Of a stretch of 64,000 nucleotides of DNA, positions 1 through 11,153 are shown in pieces. The position numbers and the translations under genes were made by a program. The first letter of the stretch is position 1; each line of letters opens with the position of its first letter. Location: assembly GCA_002269645.1 (NCBI GenBank), contig NIVC01003985.1, forward strand, positions 2,372 through 66,371, in the 5' to 3' direction. The notes under the pieces are model-generated. The model saw nothing but the letters and a program-made list of their open reading frames with translations. It was not told where the DNA came from and made no database searches. The stretch comes from Macrostomum lignano (Eukaryota).

Positions 1-220
1 GTTGCAAATATTTATTAAGTGATCTGTGCGATTACTGAAAGGGTTGTGATGTATGAATTTAATGAACTTTACAAATTCGGGTCGCTTTCACAAGACGAAA
101 CTAAACTTCATAACACAGAAATTTCACAACGACGAAAAATACCGCGCGCACTTCATGAGACCGAAATTTCACATCATAGAAAACCTAATAAAACAAGGAC
201 CATGCAGAATTTTGGCCGTT

Positions 221-365
221 GTGAAGCTTCGGTCTTGTGAAGTTTCAGTCTTGTGAAGCTTCGGTCTTGTGAAGTTTCGGTCTTGTGAAGCTTCGGTCTT
301 GTGAAGCTTCGGTCTTGTGAAGTTTCGGTCTTGTGAAGCTTCGGTCTTGTGAAGTTTCTTGTGAA
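221..365. repeat. 16-bp tandem repeat (GTGAAG[C/T]TTC[G/A]GTCTT), about 8.5 units
   Basis: Units start every 16 nt from 221. Degenerate reverse-complement copies (TTCACAAGACGAAACT, CTTCATGAGACCGAAATTTCAC) lie at about 85-172. Confidence 0.9.
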
Positions 366-617
366 TTTTACTTGATTGTGGCGATTGCCAGAAGTGATCA
401 CCAGGTACATGTATGTCATCAACAAGGCATGCATGTTTGGTCTCGCAGTTTTGCTCATTTTTATTTTGTTAGTGTGATAACGCTGATACCTTCATTACCT
501 AGTGTTTTCTAGAACTTTCCAGACTTTCCAACAGTGCCTTCAAAACCGAAACAAAACTAAACAAACTTGATGAAGGTCTATTTTAGCCACTGTATAAACA
601 AAGGCATCAGCATACTA

Positions 618-3600
618 ACCGAGAGACAGTGGCGCACACCGAGAGACAGTGGCGCAAACCGAGAGACAGTGGCGCACACCTAGAGACAGTGGCGCACACC
701 GAGAGACAGTGGCGCACACCGAGAGACAGTGGCGCACACCGAGAGACAGTGCCGCACACCAAGAGACAGTGCCGCACACCGAGAGACAGTGCCGCACACC
801 GAGAGACAGTGGCGCACGTGGCGCACACCGAGAGACAGTGGCGCACACCGAGAGACAGTGGCGCACACCTAGAGACAGTGACGCACACCGAGAGACAGTG
901 GCGCACACCGAGAGACAGTGGCGCACACCGAGAGACAGTGGCGCACACCGAGAGACAGTGGCGCACACCGAGAGACAGTGCCGCACACCGAGAGACAGTG
1001 GCGCACACCAAGAGACAGTGGGCACACCAAGAGACAGTGGTGCACACCAAGAGACAGTGGTGCACACCAAGAGACAGTGACGCACACCGAGAGACAGTGC
1101 CGCACACCAAGAGACAGTGGCGCACACCGAGAGACAGTGGCGCACACCGAAAGACAGTGACGCACACCGAGAGACAGTGCCGCACACCGAGAGACAGTGC
1201 CGCACACCAAGAGACAGTGGTGCACACCAAGAGACAGTGGTGCACACCAAGAGACAGTGGCGCACACCGAGAGACAGTGATGCACACCGAGAGACAGTGC
1301 CGCACACCAAGAGACAGTGGTGCACACCAAGAGACAGTGGCGCACACCGAGAGACAGTGGCGCACACCGAGAGACATTGGCACACACCAAGAGACAGTGG
1401 CGCACACCGAGAGACAGTGGCGCACACCGAGAGACAGTGCCGCACACCGAGAGACAGTGCCGCACACCTAGAGACAGTGCCGCACACCAAGAGACAGTGG
1501 TGCACACCAAAAGACAGTGGTGCACACCAAGAGACAGTGGCGCACACCGAGAGACAGTGGTGCACACCAAGAGACAGTGGCGCACACCGAGAGACAGTGG
1601 TGCACACCAAGAGACAGTGGCGCACACCGAGAGACAGTGGCGCACACCTAGAGACAGTGACGAACACCGAGAGACAGTGGCGCACACCGAGAGACATTGG
1701 AACACACCAAGAGACAGTGGTGCACACCAAGAGACAGTGATCCACACCGAGAGACAGTGGCGCACACCTAGAGACAGTGGCGCACACCGAGAGACATTGG
1801 CACACACCAAGAGACAGTGGTGCACACCAAGAGACAGTGATCCACACCGAGAGACAGTGGCGCACACCTAGAGACAGTGGCGCATACCGAGAGACAGTGG
1901 TGCACACCTAGAGACAGTGGCGCACACCAAGAGACAGTGCCGCACACCTAGAGACAGTGCCGCACACCAAGAGACAGTGGTGCACACCAAGAGACAGTGA
2001 CGAACACCGAGAGACAGTGGTGCACACCAAGAGACAGTGCCGCACACCGAGAGACAGTGGTGCACACCAAGAGACAGTGGTGCACACCAAGAGACAGTGA
2101 CGCACACCGAGAGACAGTGCCGCACACCAAGAGACAGTGGCGCACACCGAGAGACAGTGGCGCACACCGAGAGACAGTGGCGCACACCGAGAGACAGTGC
2201 CGCACACCGAGATACAGTGATGCACACCGAGAGACAGTGCGCACACCAAGAGACAGTGGTGCACACCAAGAGACAGTGGCGCACACCGAGAGACAGTGGC
2301 GCACACCAAGAGACAGTGGCGCACACCGAGAGACAGTGGCGCACACCGAGAGACAGTGCCGCACACCGAGAGACAGTGGCGCACACCGAGAGACAGTGCC
2401 GCACACCGAGAGACAGTGGCGCACACCAAGAGACAGTGGCGCACACCGAGAGACAGTGGCGCACACCGAGAGACAGTGCCGCACACCGAGAGACAGTGGC
2501 GCACACCGAGAGACAGTGCCGCACACCGAGAGACAGTGGCGCACACCAAGAGACAGTGGCGCACACCGAGAGACAGTGGCGCACACCGAGAGACAGTGCC
2601 GCACACCGAGAGACAGTGGGCACACCAAGAGACAGTGGTGCACACCAAGAGACAGTGGTGCACACCAAGAGACAGTGACGCACACCGAGAGACAGTGCCG
2701 CACACCAAGAGACAGTGGCGCACACCGAGAGACAGTGGCGCACACCGAAAGACAGTGACGCACACCGAGAGACAGTGCCGCACACCGAGAGACAGTGCCG
2801 CACACCAAGAGACAGTGGTGCACACCAAGAGACAGTGGTGCACACCAAGAGACAGTGGCGCACACCGAGAGACAGTGATGCACACCGAGAGACAGTGCCG
2901 CACACCAAGAGACAGTGGTGCACACCAAGAGACAGTGGCGCACACCGAGAGACAGTGGCGCACACCGAGAGACATTGGCACACACCAAGAGACAGTGGCG
3001 CACACCGAGAGACAGTGGCGCACACCGAGAGACAGTGCCGCACACCGAGAGACAGTGCCGCACACCTAGAGACAGTGCCGCACACCAAGAGACAGTGGTG
3101 CACACCAAAAGACAGTGGTGCACACCAAGAGACAGTGGCGCACACGAGAGACAGTGGTGCACACCAAGAGACAGTGGCGCACACCGAGAGACAGTGGTGC
3201 ACACCAAGAGACAGTGGCGCACACCGAGAGACAGTGGCGCACACCTAGAGACAGTGACGAACACCGAGAGACAGTGGCGCACACCGAGAGACATTGGAAC
3301 ACACCAAGAGACAGTGGTGCACACCAAGAGACAGTGATCCACACCGAGAGACAGTGGCGCACACCTAGAGACAGTGGCGCACACCGAGAGACATTGGCAC
3401 ACACCAAGAGACAGTGGTGCACACCAAGAGACAGTGATCCACACCGAGAGACAGTGGCGCACACCTAGAGACAGTGGCGCATACCGAGAGACAGTGGTGC
3501 ACACCTAGAGACAGTGGCGCACACCAAGAGACAGTGCCGCACACCTAGAGACAGTGCCGCACACCAAGAGACAGTGGTGCACACCAAGAGACAGTGACGA

Positions 3601-4243
3601 ACACCGAGAGACAGTGGTGCACACCAAGAGACAGTGCCGCACACCGAGAGACAGTGGTGCACACCAAGAGACAGTGGTGCACACCAAGAGACAGTGACGC
3701 ACACCGAGAGACAGTGCCGCACACCAAGAGACAGTGGCGCACACCGAGAGACAGTGGCGCACACCGAGAGACAGTGGCGCACACCGAGAGACAGTGCCGC
3801 ACACCGAGATACAGTGATGCACACCGAGAGACAGTGCCGCACACCAAGAGACAGTGGTGCACACCAAGAGACAGTGGCGCACACCGAGAGACAGTGGCGC
3901 ACACCAAGAGACAGTGGCGCACACCGAGAGACAGTGGCGCACACCGAGAGACAGTGCCGCACACCGAGAGACAGTGGCGCACACCGAGAGACAGTGCCGC
4001 ACACCGAGAGACAGTGGCGCACACCAGAGACAGTGGCGCACACCGAGAGACAGTGGCGCACACCGAGAGACAGTGGCGCACACCGAGAGACAGTGGCGCA
4101 CACCGAGAGACAGTGCCGCACACCGAGAGACAGTGGCGCACACCAAGAGACAGTGGCGCACACCGAGAGACAGTGGCGCACACCGAGAGACAGTGGCGCA
4201 CACAAGAGACAGTGCCGCACACCGAGAGACAGTGCCGCACACC
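618..4243. repeat. 20-bp minisatellite (ACCGAGAGACAGTGGCGCAC), about 180 units, with an about 1.6-kb higher-order duplication
   Basis: Continuous 20-nt period. Rare variants recur at offsets of 1597-1598 nt (GAAAG at 1149/2747; GATACAG at 2211/3808; the 19-nt GTGGGCAC unit at 1018/2616). Confidence 0.97.
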
Positions 4244-4767
4244 TAAATACACGCGACTGAATTCGTTGTAAAGAAGAGATGTGCCGCTTTAGAATGACAC
4301 CAAAGTTGTGCTTGCAACTGCTACTGATTTTGCTCTGTGATTAAAAGTGTCAGGACTTTGCGGAGACCCCTCTTATATTTAAATTCGATCCACATAACTA
4401 AAATTTATCGCGCGCGCCATACCTAGTGTAATGTTACAGTTTGGTATAATTCGCAGAAGCTTCTAGAAAGTTCCGGTTGGACTATTTTCTATGTACGACG
4501 TATAAGTATACGGTACGTGTCTTCACGATTTTCAAGTTACTTTTCTCTTACGGGAGACTCAACAATAAAACAAAAACCACTGCCTCGCTCTGCTTTATTC
4601 TCTTCATCGCTGCTATACCAGCACTGCTGATCCAGGAAACCGAGCTGCCATTGTTGATAGGGGAGACTGTTCTACGTGACCAGGGGGCACATTACAAGTT
4701 AGGTAGTTAGATTCCAAGATAAAATTAACATTTTACACTTTCTACTTTTTAAAAGTAGACTTTAGAA

Positions 4768-5239
4768 CAGGGTTCGGCAAACTCCGGCTCGAGGACCGCA
4801 TGCAGCCTGCGAAGCATCCGGCCCTCGGGTCCTTTGAAACTTGACAAGCAATTCGGTCCCGCTCAAGGTTTGTGTCGCTTTGCAGCTCTCCTCTCTCTAA
4901 TAATCTCTTCTCTCTAATAATCTCTTCTCTCTAATAATCTCTTCTCTCTAATAATCTCTTCTCTCTAATAATCTCTTCTCTCTAATAATCTCTTCTCTCT
5001 AATAATCTCTTCTCTCTAATAATCTCTTCTCTCTAATAATCTCTTCTCTCTAATAATCTCTTCTCTCTAATAATCTCTTCTCTCTAATAATCTCTTCTCT
5101 CTAATAATCTCTTCTCTCTAATAATCTCTTCTTTCTAATACTCTGACCCTCTTCCCTATTCCCTCCTCTATCCGGCAGTCATGCACTATGACTAAATTCT
5201 CTATCTAGCCCTTGAGGCAAAAAAGTTTTCCAACCCCTG
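4768..5239. mobile_element. Non-autonomous hAT-type element (MITE) carrying an internal minisatellite
   Basis: 16-nt imperfect TIRs: CAGGGTTCGGCAAACT, and AGTTTTCCAACCCCTG (reverse complement CAGGGGTTGGAAAACT). Perfect 8-bp TSD CTTTAGAA at 4760-4767 and 5240-5247. An 8-bp TSD with CAG termini is typical of hAT elements. Confidence 0.88.
4893..5140. repeat. 17-bp tandem repeat (CTCTCTAATAATCTCTT), about 14.5 units
   Basis: Near-perfect 17-nt period; lies inside the hAT MITE. Confidence 0.95.
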
Positions 5240-5925
5240 CTTTAGAAAATATGATTTCTTTAAAATCAGCTAAAATCGTACAAAAATTGAAATCATACCT
5301 GACTCGCGGTGTGTCCGACTCCGGACGGCTAAAGTAACTCCGTTATCTGCCTAGAAAAATACACACAGGAGCAGCACAGCTGTTAAGTAAACAGCAAATT
5401 CGACTCAGTATAAGAGTTAAATGTATTAGCAATGTCCACACCAGAAAGTCACGTCTTACTGTCACACGCAGGTGCACAATGCATGTAGGACAACATGTAT
5501 GCACATGTGCGAGTAGTTTGAACAGATATGTTTACTCGTAGCGTCCAAAGCACACAAAAGACCCGGGGAGGGAACCTAGCTGCATATCAGATATATGGAT
5601 ATGTATTCACCGCGACTCCATTTCTATCTACCTAATAAAGCACTGTTTAATTCTTGCAAACAAAAGCTGCCAAAGCAGTCGCCTTGTCATTCGATACAAT
5701 CATCACGGTGATGATCACGGTTGATCACGGTAACTACATTAAGTCTCTTGTAAACAATTTCGTCCCTATACCCGCTGCTTGGATTGGTTCGGGATGAAAT
5801 TCTGCGAAAAGATTTATTACCAGCTAATATTAAACGCTGGTGGACGATGCACAACAGTAGGTGAAAAGCCCTGACTATCTAGACAGCTTATCAAAACTCC
5901 AAGACGCAAAAAGCACAATATCCAA

Positions 5926-7257
5926 ATGAATACGCCCTGGCAACTACGGCCTGCCGCGCTCCTTCTGCTGACGTTTGCGTTTGGCGGAATCCAACAGGCT
6001 CATTCGAGAGGCTTTGAAGCTGAACTGCTCAAGTATCTGAAAAACAACATCACCGATTTCAGCCGAACACTTCGACCAAACATCAATCCCGAGAAGGTAG
6101 TTGAAGTGTCAATAATGGCGTTTCCTTTCCAAATTGTGTCAGTGAACAGCGTCAAACAAAGCATGACAATAAACATCATTCTGCAACTCAGCTGGTTCAA
6201 TGAGCATCTGGTTTGGGATCCTGCGAAATTCGGACGTCTGTCTGTCATAGAATGGGAAAACCAGCAGATTTGGACTCCTCCGATTGTGATTTTTAATGGA
6301 ATCGGTCAAAACCAGTTCCCCGTGCTTCGGTTCCCTTTGCACTTATCATCAACTACTAGAAACCTTTCAATAGTGGCCACCTCCTGGAGAGATGAAGTGG
6401 AATTCTCTTGCAAGCTCGACATGCGCCGTTTTCCTTTTGACCGACACAGCTGCGATATGGAGCTGTACATGGAGGACCAAGCCCACATGTACAATTCAAT
6501 AGTTCCTACAGTTAAAAATCTGTGGAATGAATCAAAAGAATTCAATGAAAAAAGTGCCTACCAAGAGAGCAGTGAGTGGAGAATGTTGAACTTGAGCACA
6601 AGTGTACACACGCGACAGTTTCAAACATTCAAAAACTCGCCGCCGACTCTTTTACCGATCTACACGGTTCACATGGAGATCGAGCGGGTGTCCACTTACT
6701 ATGTGTTGAATGTATTGACTCCCCTGCTGCTGCTTACGCTGCTCCAGGTGCTCGTCTTCTTCGTGCCCGTCGAGTCCGGAGAGAAGCTGGGCTTCGGCAT
6801 CACCATCATGCTGAGCTACACGGTGTTCCTGCTGCTGCTGGACGGCCTGCTGCCCAAGTCGCAGTCGATGCCGGCCGTGGCGTCGTTCATCACGGCGGCC
6901 ATGGTGCTGTCGACGTCGTCTCTGCTGCTGACGTCGGTGTCGATTCGGTTCCACTTCGCTGCGGAGTCTCAGCCGATGCCGTCGTGTCTCCGGGTCGTGT
7001 TCGTGAGCTGCCTGGGCCGCGTGATGCTGTGCGGTGAGCGGCGAGGCGGCAGCAGGACGGCGCCTGAGGAAGACGCCGACGACGCCGCGGTGAGCAAAGC
7101 GGGCCATGAAGACGAGAGGCCCGTAGAGACCTCCGGAGACCCGAGGCGCTCGGAGTGGCAGGTCGCAGCGGTCGCTGTGGAACGGCTGATGATTTTCTTG
7201 GGCTGTCCGACTGCAGGGGCCATTTTGGTTGCATTCGTCATTGTTCCTCTGCTGTGA
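5926..7257 (+). CDS. Intronless Cys-loop ligand-gated ion channel subunit (nAChR-like, non-alpha, cation-type), copy 1, 443 aa
   Basis: Signal peptide; Cys-loop CKLDMRRFPFDRHSC; TM1 YYVLNVLTP; TM2 preceded by GEK; TM3; amphipathic EWQ..A..VERL before TM4. No vicinal Cys pair in loop C. ATG at 5926, TGA at 7255-7257. Confidence 0.95.
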   Translation: MNTPWQLRPAALLLLTFAFGGIQQAHSRGFEAELLKYLKNNITDFSRTLRPNINPEKVVEVSIMAFPFQIVSVNSVKQSMTINIILQLSWFNEHLVWDPAKFGRLSVIEWENQQIWTPPIVIFNGIGQNQFPVLRFPLHLSSTTRNLSIVATSWRDEVEFSCKLDMRRFPFDRHSCDMELYMEDQAHMYNSIVPTVKNLWNESKEFNEKSAYQESSEWRMLNLSTSVHTRQFQTFKNSPPTLLPIYTVHMEIERVSTYYVLNVLTPLLLLTLLQVLVFFVPVESGEKLGFGITIMLSYTVFLLLLDGLLPKSQSMPAVASFITAAMVLSTSSLLLTSVSIRFHFAAESQPMPSCLRVVFVSCLGRVMLCGERRGGSRTAPEEDADDAAVSKAGHEDERPVETSGDPRRSEWQVAAVAVERLMIFLGCPTAGAILVAFVIVPLL

Positions 7258-8412
7258 TCAGCTGGCACCGATATGAAATTGTTAAACAAATGATCCGCGT
7301 CAGTATAATTCAATTTTGGCTTAGGCACAATGCTTTAGTCTGACTGCTCGCGTTTCCTGCAACCCATTTTTTGGCCTCTCTGGACGGAAAGCCATGGAGC
7401 GGTGCGTGCGCGTGAAGTGTCTGGTCACAGCGCGAATATCAACTTCTACTGAAATCAATTTCGTCAGTAGTATCTGCAGTGCATGCATCGGTCTTAGTTT
7501 TTTTGAGTAGCTTTTTTAATTCGTGAGAAGTTCTATCATTTACTCAAAAAATAGCGTCTATGTCCCTAAGCTACTGAACTCAAAATTTAAGCAACCCATG
7601 TCGGCTTTTTTTCTCACAAGTGGCGAAAATCAGCAGTCCCACTTTTCCTGTTGCCGCCATACAAAGTGGCCTATCTAGGCAAGACATGTGGCCTAGAACA
7701 CGACTGCGCGTTAGCCCTCCATAATTTTATGACTAAACTCAGACGCTTTTAGGGGAAAAAAGCCTCTTTGTTCTCTTTGGGTGAGCAAGCTAAGTCTAAA
7801 AAATCGATGGGAATTCTTTTAGTGTCCCTACCTGAGGACCAAAGCAAACACAGAGACTTCTCTGTCTCTTGGCTCAAATTCCTTGCAAAATGTAATATTT
7901 TTCTCAGCTATAGCTGATCTATAATAAATAATTGATGCAATTTAGTCAACAGTCAGTATCATTTGCTTACCAAGTACATTGGTGCATTCATATACATCCA
8001 TTTAGTTTAGTTAATTGATTTTTAAGCAGTTAAAACACTTGAAAGAGGTAATTATTTTAATCGCAAGTGAAAAGTACTTGGACTTCTTGGATAAGCGAAT
8101 TTTATAAGGAATATATCGTGTAGCTACAAGAAAGTTGTCACGTGTTACGACAGAGAAATTAGAACACTAAGCTTGGCTGGGGATAAAGACAAGGTTGGTG
8201 GGGGTTAAAAAAGTGACGCGCAAAGAAATCAATAAACACGTAAAACAGATGAAAAGAAAAGTTATTCTGCATAAAAAAAGGATCTGAATTTCGCGAGATA
8301 ATCCGACGATTTTCAGAATCAAAAAATTTTCATTGCTGTTACTTAACAGTAGTAAAATGTCACATGCGTATCTAAAAAACAGCAAAACAAAAGTCGGGCA
8401 ATCGGAAAGCAG

Positions 8413-9717
8413 TTATTCGACGAAGGGCGGAACCAGAAACGCAAACAAAATGGCGACAATCGCCACGCAGCCCACGACGGCCATCAGCCGCTCCACGGCG
8501 GTTGAAGCTGTTTTCCAGTCCGAGCGCCTCTCGCCGTCGTCACCCGCCTTTCTCACCACAGCGTCGTCGGCGTCTTCCTCAGGCGCCGTCCTGCCGCCGC
8601 CTCGCCTCTCACCGCACAGCATCACGCGGCCCAGGCAGCTCACGAACACGAACCGAAGACACAACGGCATCGGCTGAGACTCCGCAGCGAAGTGGAACCG
8701 AATCGCCACCGACGTCAGCAGCAGAGACGACGTCGACAGCACCATGGCCGCCGTGATGAACGACGCCACGGCCGGCATCGACTGCGACTTGGGCAGCAGG
8801 CCGTCCAGCAGCAGCAGAAACACCGTGTAGCTCAGCATGATGGTGATGCCGAAGCCCAGCTTCTCTCCGGACTCGACGGGCACGAAGAAGACAAGCACCT
8901 GGAGCAGCGTGAGCAGCAGTAGTGGAGTCACCACATTCAACACATAGTAAGTGGACACCCGCTCGATCTCCAGTCGTACCACGTAGGTCGGCAGTTTCAT
9001 CTTCGGTTGTCCCTTGAAAACCGCATATTCTTTGTAGCGCACGAACGTGCTCAAGTTCAGCAGATTCCATTCGCTGTTCCTAACATAGGCCCCCACTTCA
9101 TTGAATTCCACTGATGGCCCATACTGAAGGCTGCCCTTTTTTACAGCAGGTTGTCCTTTTCCCCGCCCCTGGTCGTTAGCGAACAGCTCCAAGTCGCAGG
9201 TGTGCCGATCGAACGGGAACCGACGCATGTCGAATTCGCAGGAGAACTCCCACTCACGCCTCCAGATGGCTGATACCACTGACTTGTCTGGTGCCACGGA
9301 TGTGATGAACGGCGGAAACTGTGGACTTAGCAGCTGGTTGTCTCCGATGCCATTGTACACAAATATCACAGGAAAGTAGATTTTGCCGATCTCCCAATCC
9401 ATCACGGTGATGTTGCCAAACTCCTTAGGATCCCAGACCAGTCTTTCCTCATACCAAGTTGCAAACATCAGGGCAGTAATTTTAATACTCTGCTGTGCGC
9501 TGTCCACCATCACAATCTGACCCATCACGGTGGACAAGTAGACGCTCATTGACTGACTGTCCAAGGCTGGTCGCAGAGTCGGACTGTAGTCCGTGATGTT
9601 GTTTTCCAGATACTTCAGCAAAGCCGCTTCGAAATCTTGCTTAGGCATCTTGGGGTAGCAGCTGGTCAGCTGGGTTGCGATGGCAACAAAAAATAATAAT
9701 TTGCTGAGTCCTAACAT
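8413..9717 (-). CDS. Intronless Cys-loop ligand-gated ion channel subunit, copy 2 (alternative upstream ATG at 9759)
   Basis: Signal peptide MLGLSKLLFFVAIATQLTSC; Cys-loop CEFDMRRFPFDRHTC; same TM1-TM3 module; TM4. The ORF track start at 9768 is GTG, so the ATGs at 9759 or 9717 are more likely. Confidence 0.93.
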   Translation of the reverse strand: MLGLSKLLFFVAIATQLTSCYPKMPKQDFEAALLKYLENNITDYSPTLRPALDSQSMSVYLSTVMGQIVMVDSAQQSIKITALMFATWYEERLVWDPKEFGNITVMDWEIGKIYFPVIFVYNGIGDNQLLSPQFPPFITSVAPDKSVVSAIWRREWEFSCEFDMRRFPFDRHTCDLELFANDQGRGKGQPAVKKGSLQYGPSVEFNEVGAYVRNSEWNLLNLSTFVRYKEYAVFKGQPKMKLPTYVVRLEIERVSTYYVLNVVTPLLLLTLLQVLVFFVPVESGEKLGFGITIMLSYTVFLLLLDGLLPKSQSMPAVASFITAAMVLSTSSLLLTSVAIRFHFAAESQPMPLCLRFVFVSCLGRVMLCGERRGGGRTAPEEDADDAVVRKAGDDGERRSDWKTASTAVERLMAVVGCVAIVAILFAFLVPPFVE

Positions 9718-10357
9718 TTCGGCAAAACTATTAGTCAAAGGCTCGCGTGACGAGTGCATTAATTCCACGAGAGTGAATGTCTTTTATGCTGCATCTCGAC
9801 AGTCTCAACTGTTTCTACACAGCCAATGGAAGTGCAGTTTAACAAAAGCTTTTCCCACCGAACAGGTTTGGCAAACATAAGGTTCAGTTGGGTTGAGAGG
9901 GTTGGCTGCATATCGAGTTTCTGGATTGCAAAAGCTACAATTTGGAGCGTTCTACCAGTGCGTTTTACCTTAGGCAAATTTTACAAATGTAACTACAACT
10001 CAATGCCACTCAAACAATCACACATCGTTGCTGGGAGCTTCCAGTAAGCTTGAAGACAAGAAATTTTACACTCCAAGAGCCCATTGCTGAGCCTAGCTGC
10101 ACATGCCTCTACCACAATGAATCTCTCGAGATCTCTCTCCCATCCCGCGCCGGTAGCTTCAGTCCCAATTATTTCTGTTTTGCTAATTCAACAGCTGGAA
10201 AATCCGTTGTCATGGACGCTAGCGCAAGCTATTTATGGAAGGCAAGTGATATTTATTATTCATGCAGCTGAGTCCACTTCTCAACAGTGAATTGGAGGGA
10301 GGACAATTTTGCATTTCTTCTGAGGCAGTAAAACACAGGTTCTCGCCGTGCGAGTCA

Positions 10358-10958
10358 CACCCATTAGGGCCTAACACCCATTAGGGCCTAACACCCATTA
10401 GGGCCTAACACCCATTAGGGCCTAGCACCCATTAGGGCCTAACACCCATTAGGGCCTAGCACCCATTAGGGCCTAACACCCATTAGGGCCTAGCACCCAT
10501 TAGGGCCTAACACCCATTAGGGCCTAACACCCAATAGGGCCTAGCACCCATTAGGGCCAAACACCCATTAGGGCCTAACTCCCATTAGGGCCTAACACCC
10601 ATAAGGGCAGCTAACACCCATTAGGGCCAAACACCCATTAGGGCCTAACACCCATTAGGGCCTAACACCCATTAGGGCCTAGCACCCATTAGGGCCTAAC
10701 ACTCATTAGGGCCTAGCACCCATTAGGGCCTAACACCCATTAGGGCCTAACATCCATTAGGGCCTAACACCCATAGGGCCTAACACCCATTAGGGCCTAA
10801 CACCCAATAGGGCCTAGCACCCATTAGGGCCAAACATCCATTAGGGCCTAACACCCATTAGGGCCAAACACCCATTAGGGCCTAACACCCATTAGGGCCT
10901 AACACCCATTAGGGTCTAACACCCATTAGGGCCAAACACCCATTAGGGCCTAACACCC
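10358..10958. repeat. 17-bp tandem repeat (CACCCATTAGGGCCTAA), about 35 units, each containing TTAGGG
   Basis: 17-nt period with CCTAA/CCTAG/CCAAA variants. The array is absent from the paralogous spacer at about 22730-22860. Confidence 0.95.
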
Positions 10959-11153
10959 AGAGTACATGTCTGACGATTAGAAAGTCTGTGCCGCTGTACA
11001 CGAGCCTAACATAAAGGCTAACTAAGCCGCTCTAACAATAGGAAAAACTTGAAAATGTACATTTAGTTACGTTTAAATAAAGTAAAAAGTACAATTTAAC
11101 AGAAGCGTTGACTATCTGTACGACTGCAAATATTATTGCTTGTTAGTAATGTA

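Noticed and set aside
618-4243. CRISPR-like appearance of regular repeats
   Set aside because: Units are directly adjacent with no unique spacers, there are no cas genes, and the context is eukaryotic.
607-4271. Many long ORFs in all six frames (up to 518 aa)
   Set aside because: Produced by a stop-poor 20-bp satellite; the translations are periodic and most starts are non-ATG.
6576-7343. Overlapping and antisense ORFs on the channel TM modules (also at 8333-9070, 11779-12362, 23422-24111)
   Set aside because: Shadow frames of GC-rich coding sequence; they recur only because the module is duplicated.
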